Source: Vitrella brassicaformis CCMP3155 (taxonomy: Eukaryota; Protista; Chromerida). Taken from it: a DNA stretch of 64,000 bases. Positions 13,399 through 25,816 of the stretch are shown piece by piece; position 1 is the first letter of the stretch, and each line of letters begins with the position of its first letter. The notes below the pieces were generated by a model that saw only the letters and a list, made by a program, of their open reading frames with translations, was not told the DNA's origin and searched no databases. The position numbers were made by a program, and so were the translations under genes. The DNA is taken from assembly GCA_001179505.1 (NCBI GenBank), contig CDMY01000759.1, positions 203,488 through 267,487 of the forward strand, in the 5' to 3' direction.

Positions 13399-14022
13399 AT
13401 GGCATTCCTCAGAGCCGTTTTCTGTCTTCTGGCGCTCTCCGTCGCCACCCTTGCTGCGCCCTCGGCCGACCCCTCGGCGGACGTGCTGGAGGTTAGCGTT
13501 CGCGAGACTTCGGCTGGCAAGTACATGATCGGTGTGACGCTGGAAACGTCTGACGTGGACTGCACACACTACGCCAACTGGTGAGCCAGGAGAAAACAGA
13601 CCAACCGAGCAGCTGTGCTGCCGCCGGTAACCTCTCCCTCTGCCTCTCTGTTCGCTTCAGGTGGGAGGTGCTCAGTGAGGACGGTAAGGCAGCACACCGA
13701 CCACACCAGAATAGGCACACCCTACGGCCTCCCCTCCCCCTTTGCGCGTGCTGCAGGCGAGCTGCTGTACCGTCGCATCCTTCGTCACAGCCACGCCGCC
13801 ACCCAGCCCTTCACCCGCTACTCCGAGGACGACGTGTCGCTCGAGGAGGACCAGGAGATCATCGTGCGTGCCCACATGCACGTGGACGGCAAGGAGCTCT
13901 ACCCCGACAGTCAGGTCCTCAAGGGCAGCGCCAAGGCGGGGTTCGCAAAAGCCACGCTGGAGAAGAACTTTGCTGCCGCTGTGGAGAAGGAGGGGCCGCA
14001 GGCCGAGGGCTGCCTGTATTGA
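13399..14022 (+). CDS. Small secreted protein of a bacterial-type uncharacterised family, 3 exons (13399-13580, 13661-13683, 13757-14022)
   Basis: Signal peptide MAFLRAVFCLLALSVATLA; mature part [30 protein letters not shown]...QPFTR...IIVRAHMH...GCLY*. Two GT-AG introns join in frame. Confidence 0.85.
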
Positions 14023-14618
14023 TGATTACGCGTCGGGAGTCTGAGGCCAGCCAGAAGAAGGCTTCCGAAGTGGAGCTATCTATAGTTGCATTGCACACAG
14101 TCATGGTTTTTGCGTCTGGTTTTCGCCACGGAGGGATGTGTACAGAGGTTAGCAAAGAGCATCTTATTGGGTGGGGTGGTGCAAATGCACGTACTTAGAG
14201 GCAGGCGGGGGTGGGTGGGGGTCTGAGAGGGTGTGGCTGGCTGGCTGGCTGGTGCCACTCGCTGTCTTGCTGGATCGTTCTATTCTGGTCTGTCTGTTTG
14301 CGATGCTATGCGGCTGTGTCGATAGGTAAGACGTGCACATCGATAAGTGTTTCGTTGCTCTCTCCTGCTCCGACCCGACACACTTGGCTTGGCTTACATT
14401 ACATTCAATGCATTGTGTGTGTCTGGAAATTATATGGCTGGTCATATCAATGTCAGCGCATCACTGACGGCGAGAACTGATAAGTCCGACTCAGATCTGA
14501 CCATTCATTTGACCACACAGACCCCCATTGCAGCGGGGTTCACAAAACGTAAACAGAACTTGAAGGGCGAGGAGAAGGGGAGGTAGAGAACGTCGTGAGG
14601 CACCTGTCTGTCTACAAA

Positions 14619-16578
14619 ATGGATGGCTCTCGTCCGACTGAAGGAGATCAGGCCGACGAACTGGCGCCCTCGTCTGGTGCGGCAAGTGGCGCTGCAGCCG
14701 ACGCCTGTCTGTCTGGGGTTGTGCCTTCGCTTTCGCCGTCCACAGCGCATCACACAGATCCCGCTGGTTTCGGTGGAGGCAGCTCCTCCTCGTCTTTGTA
14801 CATTGCCTTGTTGCGCGAGTGGCGGTTCTTTCTCTGTGGGCTCACCAGTGGAGTGGCGCAAGCGGCGGCCTTCACGCCTGTTGATAGAGGTGGGTATGTT
14901 GGTCAGCCTGTGCGTGCACTAGATGGCCACCAGATCTGTGTTGTCCAACTCTCTATGTGTATGTGCAGCATTGTATCTTTCGGTGAGGGATCGGCGGCCG
15001 TTTCTGCATCGGCAGAACTGGGTTGACCCATACCAGGGCTTCCTGCAGACCATTGTGCACAGAGCCGTCAGTGGAGGCCTCTACTTCCCACTCGGTGACC
15101 AGCAGGGCGGCATGACAGGCACCACTATTGGCCACTCATTCATCAGTCGAGTGTCTATGTGTGTGTGTGCAGAGAGTCTGTTCAAGCCGGTCGTTGAGGA
15201 GCTGTTGAGGTCGCAGGATGACGATCGGCCGCTTGGGGCGTGCGCGTACTTCCTCGCGGTGAGGATGTTCATGCACACATAAAGGCATTAGCACATGGAT
15301 GCGATGCGTTGCGTTGATGAACCTACAGGGAAACGCTGCTGGAGTGACCAATGCGCTTCTGCTACACCCCTTGGCAACGGTCAAGTACGCGTGTTGGGGC
15401 CAGCCAGCGGAGGGCGGGCGGTTCTGGCCGGTGGTGCGGCACATCTACTCGGAGGGCGGGGTGCGGCCCTTCCTCAGAGGCGCATTAGCCACTGTCATGC
15501 GAGATCTCACCTTCGGGGTCAGTCAGAGAATGAAATGCACACCAAATCATCACGAGAAAACATGCCTGCCTCCGGTCGTCACGTGTCGTGTCTGTCATTC
15601 ACTACCTAGGGTCTGTTTGCGGCCATTCGCCATCCGATGACCCGGTTCGCTTTGCGGACGGAGCGGGAGATCAAGGAGCGCATCATCCGAGCACGCAGCT
15701 CATCTCCAACAGCGGCAGCCGTCTTCCCCTCCCTCTCCCTCCCCCCAACAACACACACACACGCCCCCGCATCATCCCAGCCAGCAGCTGCTGCATCCCT
15801 CACAGACCTGTCCATCGGTGACCGTCCCCATTCTCCTGCGGACGGGGGCATGGCTGCCCCCTTGCTGCCGTCACCTGTTTCTGCGCGCCATCACAGCCCT
15901 GTGACGAGGAGTGGTCTTGAGGAGGACCGGCCGGTGGACCATCAGCACGGCAAGGAGCTCGATTGGCGGAGGAAGAGGGAGAGGGAGAGGGAGCACCCCC
16001 AACACCAACACCACCATCATCATCACCACAGGCATGGCAGGGGCGGAGCGGGCGACGAGAAGCCTGGCCTGACATTCTTCGTCATCAACTCGTTCGCGGC
16101 CATGATTGCTGTGGCCGCCAGCAGCCCGTTCAACTACATCCGGTAGGTGGGCGACCACAGACAGACAGGCAGGCAGACACCAACGAGGGTGTCCGTCCAT
16201 CTACCTCTCTCTTGTCGTGCCTGCCCTGCCCTGCACAGGAACATCAAGTTCGCGATCCCGCCAGGACAGCCCACACCGTCGGGCCCAGCCATCCTGAGAG
16301 AGTTATGGCGCGAATCCATCGAGGAGGGCGCCAAACTCGCCGCGGAGCGCAGGCAGCTGATCCAGGACATGGGGAGTCGGCCGCCGCCCTCCCTGCCGGT
16401 CTTCATGAAAGTGTTGGCCCAGCACCCGATACGCGTGGAGGTGTCGCGGATGCGTGGCTTCTGCCGGCACATGGGGACGCGCCTGCGGCTGGGGTGGGGA
16501 AGCTCACGTGTGGCTGTGGGGATGGCCTTCGCCGCTGTGGTGTACCAGTACTGCATCGATTGGACCGCCTGTGAGTGA
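14619..16578 (+). CDS. Mitochondrial carrier family (SLC25-like) protein with large insertion
   Basis: Three repeats with odd-helix prolines (FTPVDRALY, LHPLATVKY, SSPFNYIRN) and even-helix motifs (PYQGF..R, PFLRG..ATVMRD, LRLGWGSSRVAVG); in-frame introns; TGA 16576-16578. Confidence 0.8.
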
Positions 16579-17004
16579 GAGAGTGAGGGCGGGATGGGAG
16601 GGAGAGGAATGGGTATTTTTTCAGCTGAATAGCTGAAGAAGGAGCAGGAGAAGAAACGAGAAGAGATTTCGCTCTTGCGAATGAGAAAGGGATGCTGTTT
16701 CCCATTTGTGGGGGATGGGGGATTGAGGGTTTACGGCGCGTCTGCACAGAGGAGCCTCCGTATAGCAGGCAGGTGATGGCGCGTTCAGTCAGCCAGACAT
16801 GGCATGTGCTCGCGTGGTGGGTGTATCGGTGGGCGGGTGGGTGGACATGGTCTGCATTGACTGACTGACTGACAGATACTCATACTGGCATTTTGCCTGT
16901 CTTTTCAATCATTTTGTCGTCCCTCAATCGCATCCACACACACGTCAAAAGTCTCGTGTCACTGTCACACGATCCATGCACAAGGACACTCACACGCAAG
17001 CCCC

Positions 17005-18540
17005 CTACTTCTTCCTCCTTGGCCGTCTCGCATTGGCCCTTCTCTTCCTGCCGGTCCCTTTGCCCCCTCCTGCAGATGGTGCCCCGCCCCCACCATCAGC
17101 CGTCACCAGCTCAAACATGCTGTCGCCTCCCCCGCCCTTGCTGGCCGCCTGCTGCTGCTTTTGGCCCTTGGTCATCTCAGCGAGCATTTTCCTGCTCTGC
17201 TCCTCGATCAGCCGCTTCTCGGCCGCCTCCTTCTCCGCCCTCTCCCTCATCAAAGCGCCCATTCTCTCTTCCAGAAGACGTGCCTGCTGGGGATTGTAGC
17301 CGAACAATGCGTCGACATAGTTCTCGGCATCGAAGTCTCGGAGGTCCTCCAGCTTCTCCCCCACACCCACGAGCTTGACGGGCAGGTTCAGGTCCCGAAC
17401 CACCGACACGACAAAGCCCGCGCGAGCAGTGCCGTCGAGTTTGGTGACCACCAGGCCGGTCACCCCGATGTCCTCCTGCCATATGCGGGCCTGCTCCACC
17501 GCATTGCGGCCGATGGACGCGTCAACCACCAGGAGGATCTCTGCGGGGGCGGCAGGGAGTCTCTTGGACGTCACTTTGACCATCTTCTCGAGCTCCTCAT
17601 TCAGATCGACGTTGTTGGCCAGCCGGCCGGCGGTGTCGACAATCATAACGTCGTAAGGCAGCCTGCCGGACTCGTCTGGGAGAGGAGTCAGCGCCTCGTC
17701 CAGGGCGGCCTCGACCACCTTCCATGGCTCCGTTTCCCCCTCCTGCGGCCTGTGGATGTCCACTTGGGCGCGGTTGGCCCACTCCTCCAGCTGGTCGACT
17801 GCTGCTGCGCGAAAGGTGTCGCAGGCGGCGACGAGCACACGCTTGCCCTCACCCCGCAGCCGAGCCGCCAGCTTGCCGATGGTGGTGGTCTTGCCCATCC
17901 CGTTGGCACCCATGACCATCCACACAGTCAGCCCGTCAGGGCTGTACCGGAGCGCACTTGGCGACTCGGTGGTCTCGCCCTTGTCTGTCCCCATGCGCAG
18001 CACCTCCAGTATCTTGCCTCGCAGGACCATCTTGATGTCTTCAGGGTCGATCTTCTCGCCCCTCGCCGTCGCCCGCAGATCGGTCAGGATGTCGGCTGTG
18101 GTGGCCGTGCCGATATCTGCTGACAACAGGATCTCCTCGAGCTGCTCGAGCGCCTCCTCCAACTCGAGGTTTACCATCCCGAAGAGGCCGGAGAGGCTCG
18201 CCAGCAGCCGGTCTCGCGACTTGCTGAGCCCCTCTTGGAACTTCTGCAGGTTCTCGCCCACCTTGGAAAGCTTGTCAATGTCCTCCTGGGCCTTGCGCTG
18301 GATGAAGTCGAGAATCATCGATGGCTGGTGGTGGGTCGGCCGCCGGGCGTAAGGGCGGGTGGCACGCCGTCGTGGCAATGGGTTGTGCCGGGTGTGCCAT
18401 CCGCGATATGAGGGCAGCGGGGCGATGAAAGATGGAAGGTGGGATGAAAGGGTGTAGAGGGAGCTCACTGCTGATATGGCTGATGCCACTGCTGCTGTCC
18501 AGAGGAGGAGCAGGACGCTCGAGAAAGGCAGCATCGCCAT
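17005..18540 (-). CDS. ftsY: Plastid SRP receptor cpFtsY, intronless, with bipartite signal plus transit leader
   Basis: SRP-GTPase motifs GANGMGKTTTIGKLA, DTFRAAA, DTAGRL, TKLDGTARAG and GVGEKLEDLRDF; N-terminal hydrophobic signal (MAMLPFSSVLLLLWTAAVASA) followed by a Ser/Arg-rich segment. Confidence 0.95.
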   Translation of the reverse strand: MAMLPFSSVLLLLWTAAVASAISAVSSLYTLSSHLPSFIAPLPSYRGWHTRHNPLPRRRATRPYARRPTHHQPSMILDFIQRKAQEDIDKLSKVGENLQKFQEGLSKSRDRLLASLSGLFGMVNLELEEALEQLEEILLSADIGTATTADILTDLRATARGEKIDPEDIKMVLRGKILEVLRMGTDKGETTESPSALRYSPDGLTVWMVMGANGMGKTTTIGKLAARLRGEGKRVLVAACDTFRAAAVDQLEEWANRAQVDIHRPQEGETEPWKVVEAALDEALTPLPDESGRLPYDVMIVDTAGRLANNVDLNEELEKMVKVTSKRLPAAPAEILLVVDASIGRNAVEQARIWQEDIGVTGLVVTKLDGTARAGFVVSVVRDLNLPVKLVGVGEKLEDLRDFDAENYVDALFGYNPQQARLLEERMGALMRERAEKEAAEKRLIEEQSRKMLAEMTKGQKQQQAASKGGGGDSMFELVTADGGGGAPSAGGGKGTGRKRRANARRPRRKK

Positions 18541-18799
18541 GGGATGCTGTCGAATGCACATGCTGCGAACGAAACTATACCACCAAATCGCTGTTTCACC
18601 TCTTGCTGCTCACAGCGCTCTCTTCATATGCAGTCCAGCGACGTCTGCTGAAGCTTTTGCAGATCTGCCAGCTCGTGCGGCGTCGGGGAGATCGTGAAAC
18701 CGAAGCAGGTCAATTGCGAGCTTAGATGTTACAACGCTGCGGCTGCGTCCATAAAAGCGTCGGTCAACGCAGCAGGGAGCATTCGTTCAGATCCTATCG
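18541..18799. promoter_or_regulatory. Probable bidirectional promoter between ftsY and KRR1
   Basis: 259 bp between divergent start codons; inferred from position only. Confidence 0.5.
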
Positions 18800-20943
<2,144 letters not shown>

Positions 20944-21329
20944 ACAGACACTGTGTGTTGTGTGTCTGGCCGTGCCGTGACGGGAGGAGGGGGGAGGCTG
21001 GTTGCCGCGTCAGGCAGACATATCGGCTTGTGTATATCGATGGGCACGTGTCGGTCGGGGCTTTTTCGTCGAGAGAATGGCAATGAGAGAGTGGAGACTG
21101 GACTGCTCGATTGTGTTGACAAGGTCACCTTGTCAAGAGGACATCTCTCTCCTTCTGTCGGTCTGTCTGGGCTGCATTCATACTTCATTCATCCATCCAC
21201 TCATTTACCGCCGTACCCACACATTAGCCATGAATGCGATCTCGCTGGGGCGACTGAACACACACAGACATACCAACAAAGTACAGAAGAGCACAGGCCA
21301 AGCGAACACGTGTGCCGCGCTCCTCTCTC

Positions 21330-22541
21330 TCACCTGCTGTGTGCGAGAGTGTCAATCAGGTCGCCACGAGCCGTTCGAATGAAAGATGTCCTCAGCTGTG
21401 TGGCCCCCGGCCCGATGGTTGTCGACGGCCGAACCCTGGTCGCTGTCTTGTCTGTCCCCAGCGGAACAGACACCGTCTTCTGCGTGTCTGATGCCGGCGC
21501 CTTGTGCTGCTGCTGGTCGTCTTTGTTGAACGCCTCTGCCAGCACCTCCTGAGTGCCCTTCTCCTTCTGTTCGTCTTTGTCTTTGTCTTGGGGTGGCTGA
21601 GAGACTTTGGGAAGCACGGGTACAGTGGATATGCGATGGCGGGGGTGTGATGTGTGGGCCCTTCCTGGCTCCGCCGGGATGGCCACTGTGAGCGTCCGCA
21701 TCGACATGTAGGCCGCCTCCTTGCCATCGTACTTGTGCTGCACAGAGAGAGAGTCGCTCGCTCGTGAAAGGGCCATATGGTACTGTATGGATGTGTGGCA
21801 GTGTGTGTCTCGCCTTCTTACCGCCAGCGTGTTGAAAAAATTGATCTTCTCGCCGGACTTCAAGGCGGGCCTGACCCATCCAGCCATCCAACCATCCAAG
21901 AGTCGATGCTTCCCATGGCGTCTCTCTGTCGGTGTCTCAGTCGCTGACTCACTCACTCACTCACCGCCAATTTGGTTTCTTGAATGTCTCCAAGAGCCGT
22001 CCAATGGCTGGCGGGACGCCCTTCTTACTGCGGAGTCTGTATTCCTTCGTTCGCCAGAAGAGGCCGGGGCACATGGTCGACTGAACCGCAGAACTGAGAG
22101 ACGACAAACAGACATGGGCAGCAGACGCAGACGCAGGCAGAGTGGGAGTTGGGGGAAGGCGTCTCCCGCACAGTTTCTACCTACCTGTCTGCGAAAGGTC
22201 TTGCACTGTGTGCCATACTAAAGAGACAAACAGGCAAGCGACAGTCTGGGCGGGAAGGTCCTGTCAAGCCATACTCTTTCTACCTACCTGTAAGCGGCGA
22301 AGTCCAGCGGCTCCTTGCCGGCCTGCAGTTTCGCTCTGCTGTAGAGGTCCATCTGCAGTGCAAACAGACACAAATCGGTGTGAGCACAGGAGGGATGAAG
22401 TTATGTGGCATTGCAGCGTGGCATTCTGCATTGCAAGCGCCCCCTGTTTGTGCCGCTTCCTCTCCGTGCCTGCTTGGTGCGGTGCTCCCTCTCGCCATCG
22501 GACCACTGTGCAATGGGGTCGGCAGCTAGCAGAAACGCCAT
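21330..22541 (-). CDS. Hypothetical multi-exon protein
   Basis: Short exons splice in consistent phase (..MDLYSRAKLQAGKEPLDFAAYR|SMAHSARPFADR|SSAVQSTMCPGLFWRTKEY..KPNWR|PALKSGEKINFFNTLA|HKYDGKEAAY..). No family recognised; first and last introns uncertain. Confidence 0.45.
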
Positions 22542-22797
22542 GGTGAGGGGCTACGTCTTATTTTCTTCTCCTTCTGCAGATCGGGGTGGGGACCGAAGGG
22601 AGGCCAAGTGATTTGGGGACAACGCTGGCGTCTTTGGCGACGTTCTCGAGTGGCCGTCCCGGTGTGATGGTTCACGTGGAAGACCTTGCAGACATCAGCA
22701 GAGGCTAGAGGGTCATTCCGTTTACGCTCATTGGCTAAGCTCGCAGGCTGGATCTGGCTGTGAAGCAGGCTCTGCAAGGCACCTTGTGGATAGCAGA

Positions 22798-23789
22798 ATG
22801 AAGGTCGTGGCCCTTCTCGCCTTGACGGCCGCCACGGCCGCCACCGGCTTCGTCCCTGCCCCACTCTCAAGGTGAGCTAATGCAGCCAGCGCCCTGATAA
22901 GCCATTCTGTCGCTCATTCGTCCCTGTGTGTGTCATCTGATTGTTCTGCAGGTCTCCTTTGCGGAGCCTGAAGGGCGGCATCGCTCCGGCGTCAGAGACC
23001 GCGACCAATGCCGTGCCTCGCGTGATGATAGACCAGGAGCACCCCAGCGACCACCTGCAGGGCAACATCCTGGTCAACTCTGACATCACGCAGGCCCTCA
23101 TGTCCACCATCCCGTGCTACCGCAAGGGCCTCCCGCCCGGATGGGCAGGTCTCGAGATCGGGATGGCACATGGGTACTTCCTCTATGGGCCCTTCGCGTA
23201 CGGCGGCCCCTTCAGGAACGCCGACAACTTCAGGGAGATCGGCATCGCCAGTGCGAGCGCACTCATCTTCTTCATCGGCTTCCTCCTGCTGGCCTACGGC
23301 GGCGCGCAGAACAACGCCTACCTGATGAACCCGGGCGACGCGTGGGTCACCAAGGGAGCGGTAAGCGACGCGGAAACAGCTGTTCCTGTGGTTGCTTTGG
23401 CTTCGTTGATTCCTTCCTTGCCGTGGGTGTGGTTTATGTGCAGGACGGCAAGATCACGTGGAACCAGGAGGCGTCAGGGTGCAGTGGCGTGGGCAAGCTG
23501 CTGATCAAGCAGTCCGACAAGACCGGCGGCCTCTTCTTCACCGACCCTGCTGACCCCAAGCAGCTGGAGAAGGTACGCACACACAGCAAGGTCTCTGCAA
23601 ATCTGTCGATCATGTGTGTGTGCGTGTATGTGTGTGTGTGACTGTGATGCGTGCTATCAGGACTGGCGCAAGTTCTGCTCCTGGTTCACGATTGGTGCCC
23701 TCGGCGCGGCCTCGTTCGCCTACTTCGTGTCGAGCCAGGGTGCAGGCTATGACTTGAGCGCTGGTTCCGGCTTCCCGTTTGCGAGCTGA
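22798..23789 (+). CDS. psaL: Photosystem I subunit XI (PsaL), nucleus-encoded, 4 exons, bipartite plastid leader
   Basis: IPCYRKGLPPGWAGLEIGMAHGYFLYGPFAYGGPFRN and DWRKFCSWFTIGALGAASFAYF match PsaL. Leader MKVVALLALTAATAATG|FVPAP. Introns 22872-22951, 23361-23443 and 23573-23660. Confidence 0.9.
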
Positions 23790-24286
23790 ATGGATGCAAG
23801 GACGAACAAGCAAACAGCCAGCCAGGCAGCCCGTGTGATGTGCAGTAGACTTCCGGTGAGTCAGCGTGCTCACTGTTTTTCGTCTTTTGAGAGGACCAGG
23901 GAGCGTGTGATGTGATGTGAAATATAAGGGGGTGACGAGAGCGTTACGTGGAAGAGAGGGCGACAGAGGTGTCGGAGCGGTGCGCTGCCGGCTTTTCAAC
24001 TGGCTGTGACCGCTGCGACACCTCTGTTGTCCTCGCTTCTGTATATACGCTTGAGCCCTGTGAAGTGAGGCTGGTGTGACTACTCTAGACTACGACCCAC
24101 TATGAAGGAATTTTTGCCGAAAGTGCGTGCCTCTCATCATATCCGATCATGTACCCGTCAAACCAGTCACACATTCAAGTCCGACACACCACACGCACGG
24201 CACGCTGCAGAAGGTCCACCCATCCCTGACTATCCCTCGATCGGTCAAAGCACACAACACCACAGCACAGCATAGGAGGGGCAGCG

Positions 24287-25588
24287 TCATAACTCGTCAT
24301 CGAATATCTCGCTGAGAGAGAAGAATGGGATGGGGAACGATCCCTCGCTGGGCGGCCGGAGCTTCCGCGTGAACCAGTTCAGTCCCCTGTAGAGCGGGAT
24401 GCTGAGCCGCTGATATTCCAGCACGCCAAGCGTCAGCAGTGCGCCCCAGATGGCCAGTGCGTAGAGCCCCCTGCCGGCCGCCACACCCAGAGCTGCTGCC
24501 ACCCATATGCCTGGTGGACACCAGCATGACATGACATGACAAGACATGGCAACACATCACAGCAACAGGGGACAAGCAAGCGCTTTCTCTTCCCCCGTGT
24601 ATTTCGCATTGATCCATTCACCCACAAACTTACCTGCGGCAGTGGTGATGCCCCTGAGAGCGATCTTTCCCCCCGGCTCGACGTTCCAAGAGCCATCAAT
24701 GATGCCGGCACCGATGAACCCCACACCCGACGCTACTTGTGCTGCTATCCGTGCCGGGTCGCCCCCCACTGAGGCGAAGCTCAGACTCGCCAGCGTGAAG
24801 ACGGCCGCGCCGACGGACACCAGTGTGGTGGTGCGAATGCCCGCCGGCCGCTTGGACGAGAATCGCCGCTCGATGCCAATCACAGCCCCGACAGCTCCCG
24901 CCACGGACAGGCGGCATGTCATCTCCAGCTCGCGCCTCCAGTCGATGAACATGGTCGGCTCGAGGAAGCGGAACAGCAGAGAGAAGATAAGGGAGCTGGT
25001 CGACAGCATCGCTATCAGCACGATCTGGGAGAAGTTGTCGAACCGCGAGCGCTCCTTCTCCCTCATGGCGTCCATGGCCTGGGCTGCCGCGCCGTAAGGG
25101 CCGAGCGCCTTGTAGTCTGGGGGAGAGTGAGGTGGAGGCTTCACGCTGTTGGCCGTGCCTTTGCTCTTGGGGGCTTTCAGCTCCTCCACTGCCTCGCTCG
25201 GCACGTTGTCCAGCAGACTTGTGCTGTGACAGCGGGTCATTGCGGACCGTCGTAGAGGCCGAGGTGGAAAGAGTAGAGGTGAGCCGTCACGTTGCGGCCG
25301 TGCCTGGTGGTCCCCAAACAGACCTCCTCTCCGTGGCCGCCTCGCCGTGAGTGCATCATCATCACTGGACAGACTCATCAGTGGCCGTGTCGGTCTGTTG
25401 CGATGGGTCCTTGCCTGGATCTCTCGTGGGTGTCGGCGCAACGGCGCGACGAAGGACGGCGGCCTCGCTTCATGGATGAGTCTTGCTGTTCTGTCTGGAT
25501 GCAAGCACGGGCCTCCAGACGATGAAGCAACCGGGCTTGCCTGCAGCAGTAGTGGCTGGTACAGCGTCATGGATGCCGTCATGCTCAT
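24287..25588 (-). CDS. mgtC: MgtC/SapB-family membrane protein with about 190-aa N-terminal extension, one intron (24633-24511)
   Basis: VIGIERR..KRPAGIRTTTLVSVGAAVFT...DPARIAAQVASGVGFIGAGII...GITTAAG|IWVAAALGVAAG is the MgtC signature series. Confidence 0.9.
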
Positions 25589-25816
25589 CGGAGGGCGAGC
25601 TTAGCTTGGCTGCGAGCTTAGAGTGAGCGAACAAAACCACGACTGCTTGGTGAATCAGAGAGCCAAGCAGTGCACGCAGCAAAAGGTGATCGACAGGAAG
25701 GATGGAAGAGTGAACTATTGATTTTTCGTTCGACGCGTACGTACCACCAAGTGGCGATGGTGTTCTGACACGTGGAGCCCTGTGTCTGTTTGTCACCACC
25801 TGAGCTGTGAGATAAG

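Noticed and set aside
17161-18123. 320-aa + strand ORF
   Set aside because: Antisense shadow of GC-rich ftsY. The same applies to ORFs opposite GNAT (36754-37422), M13 (41035-41781) and the RFC-like gene.
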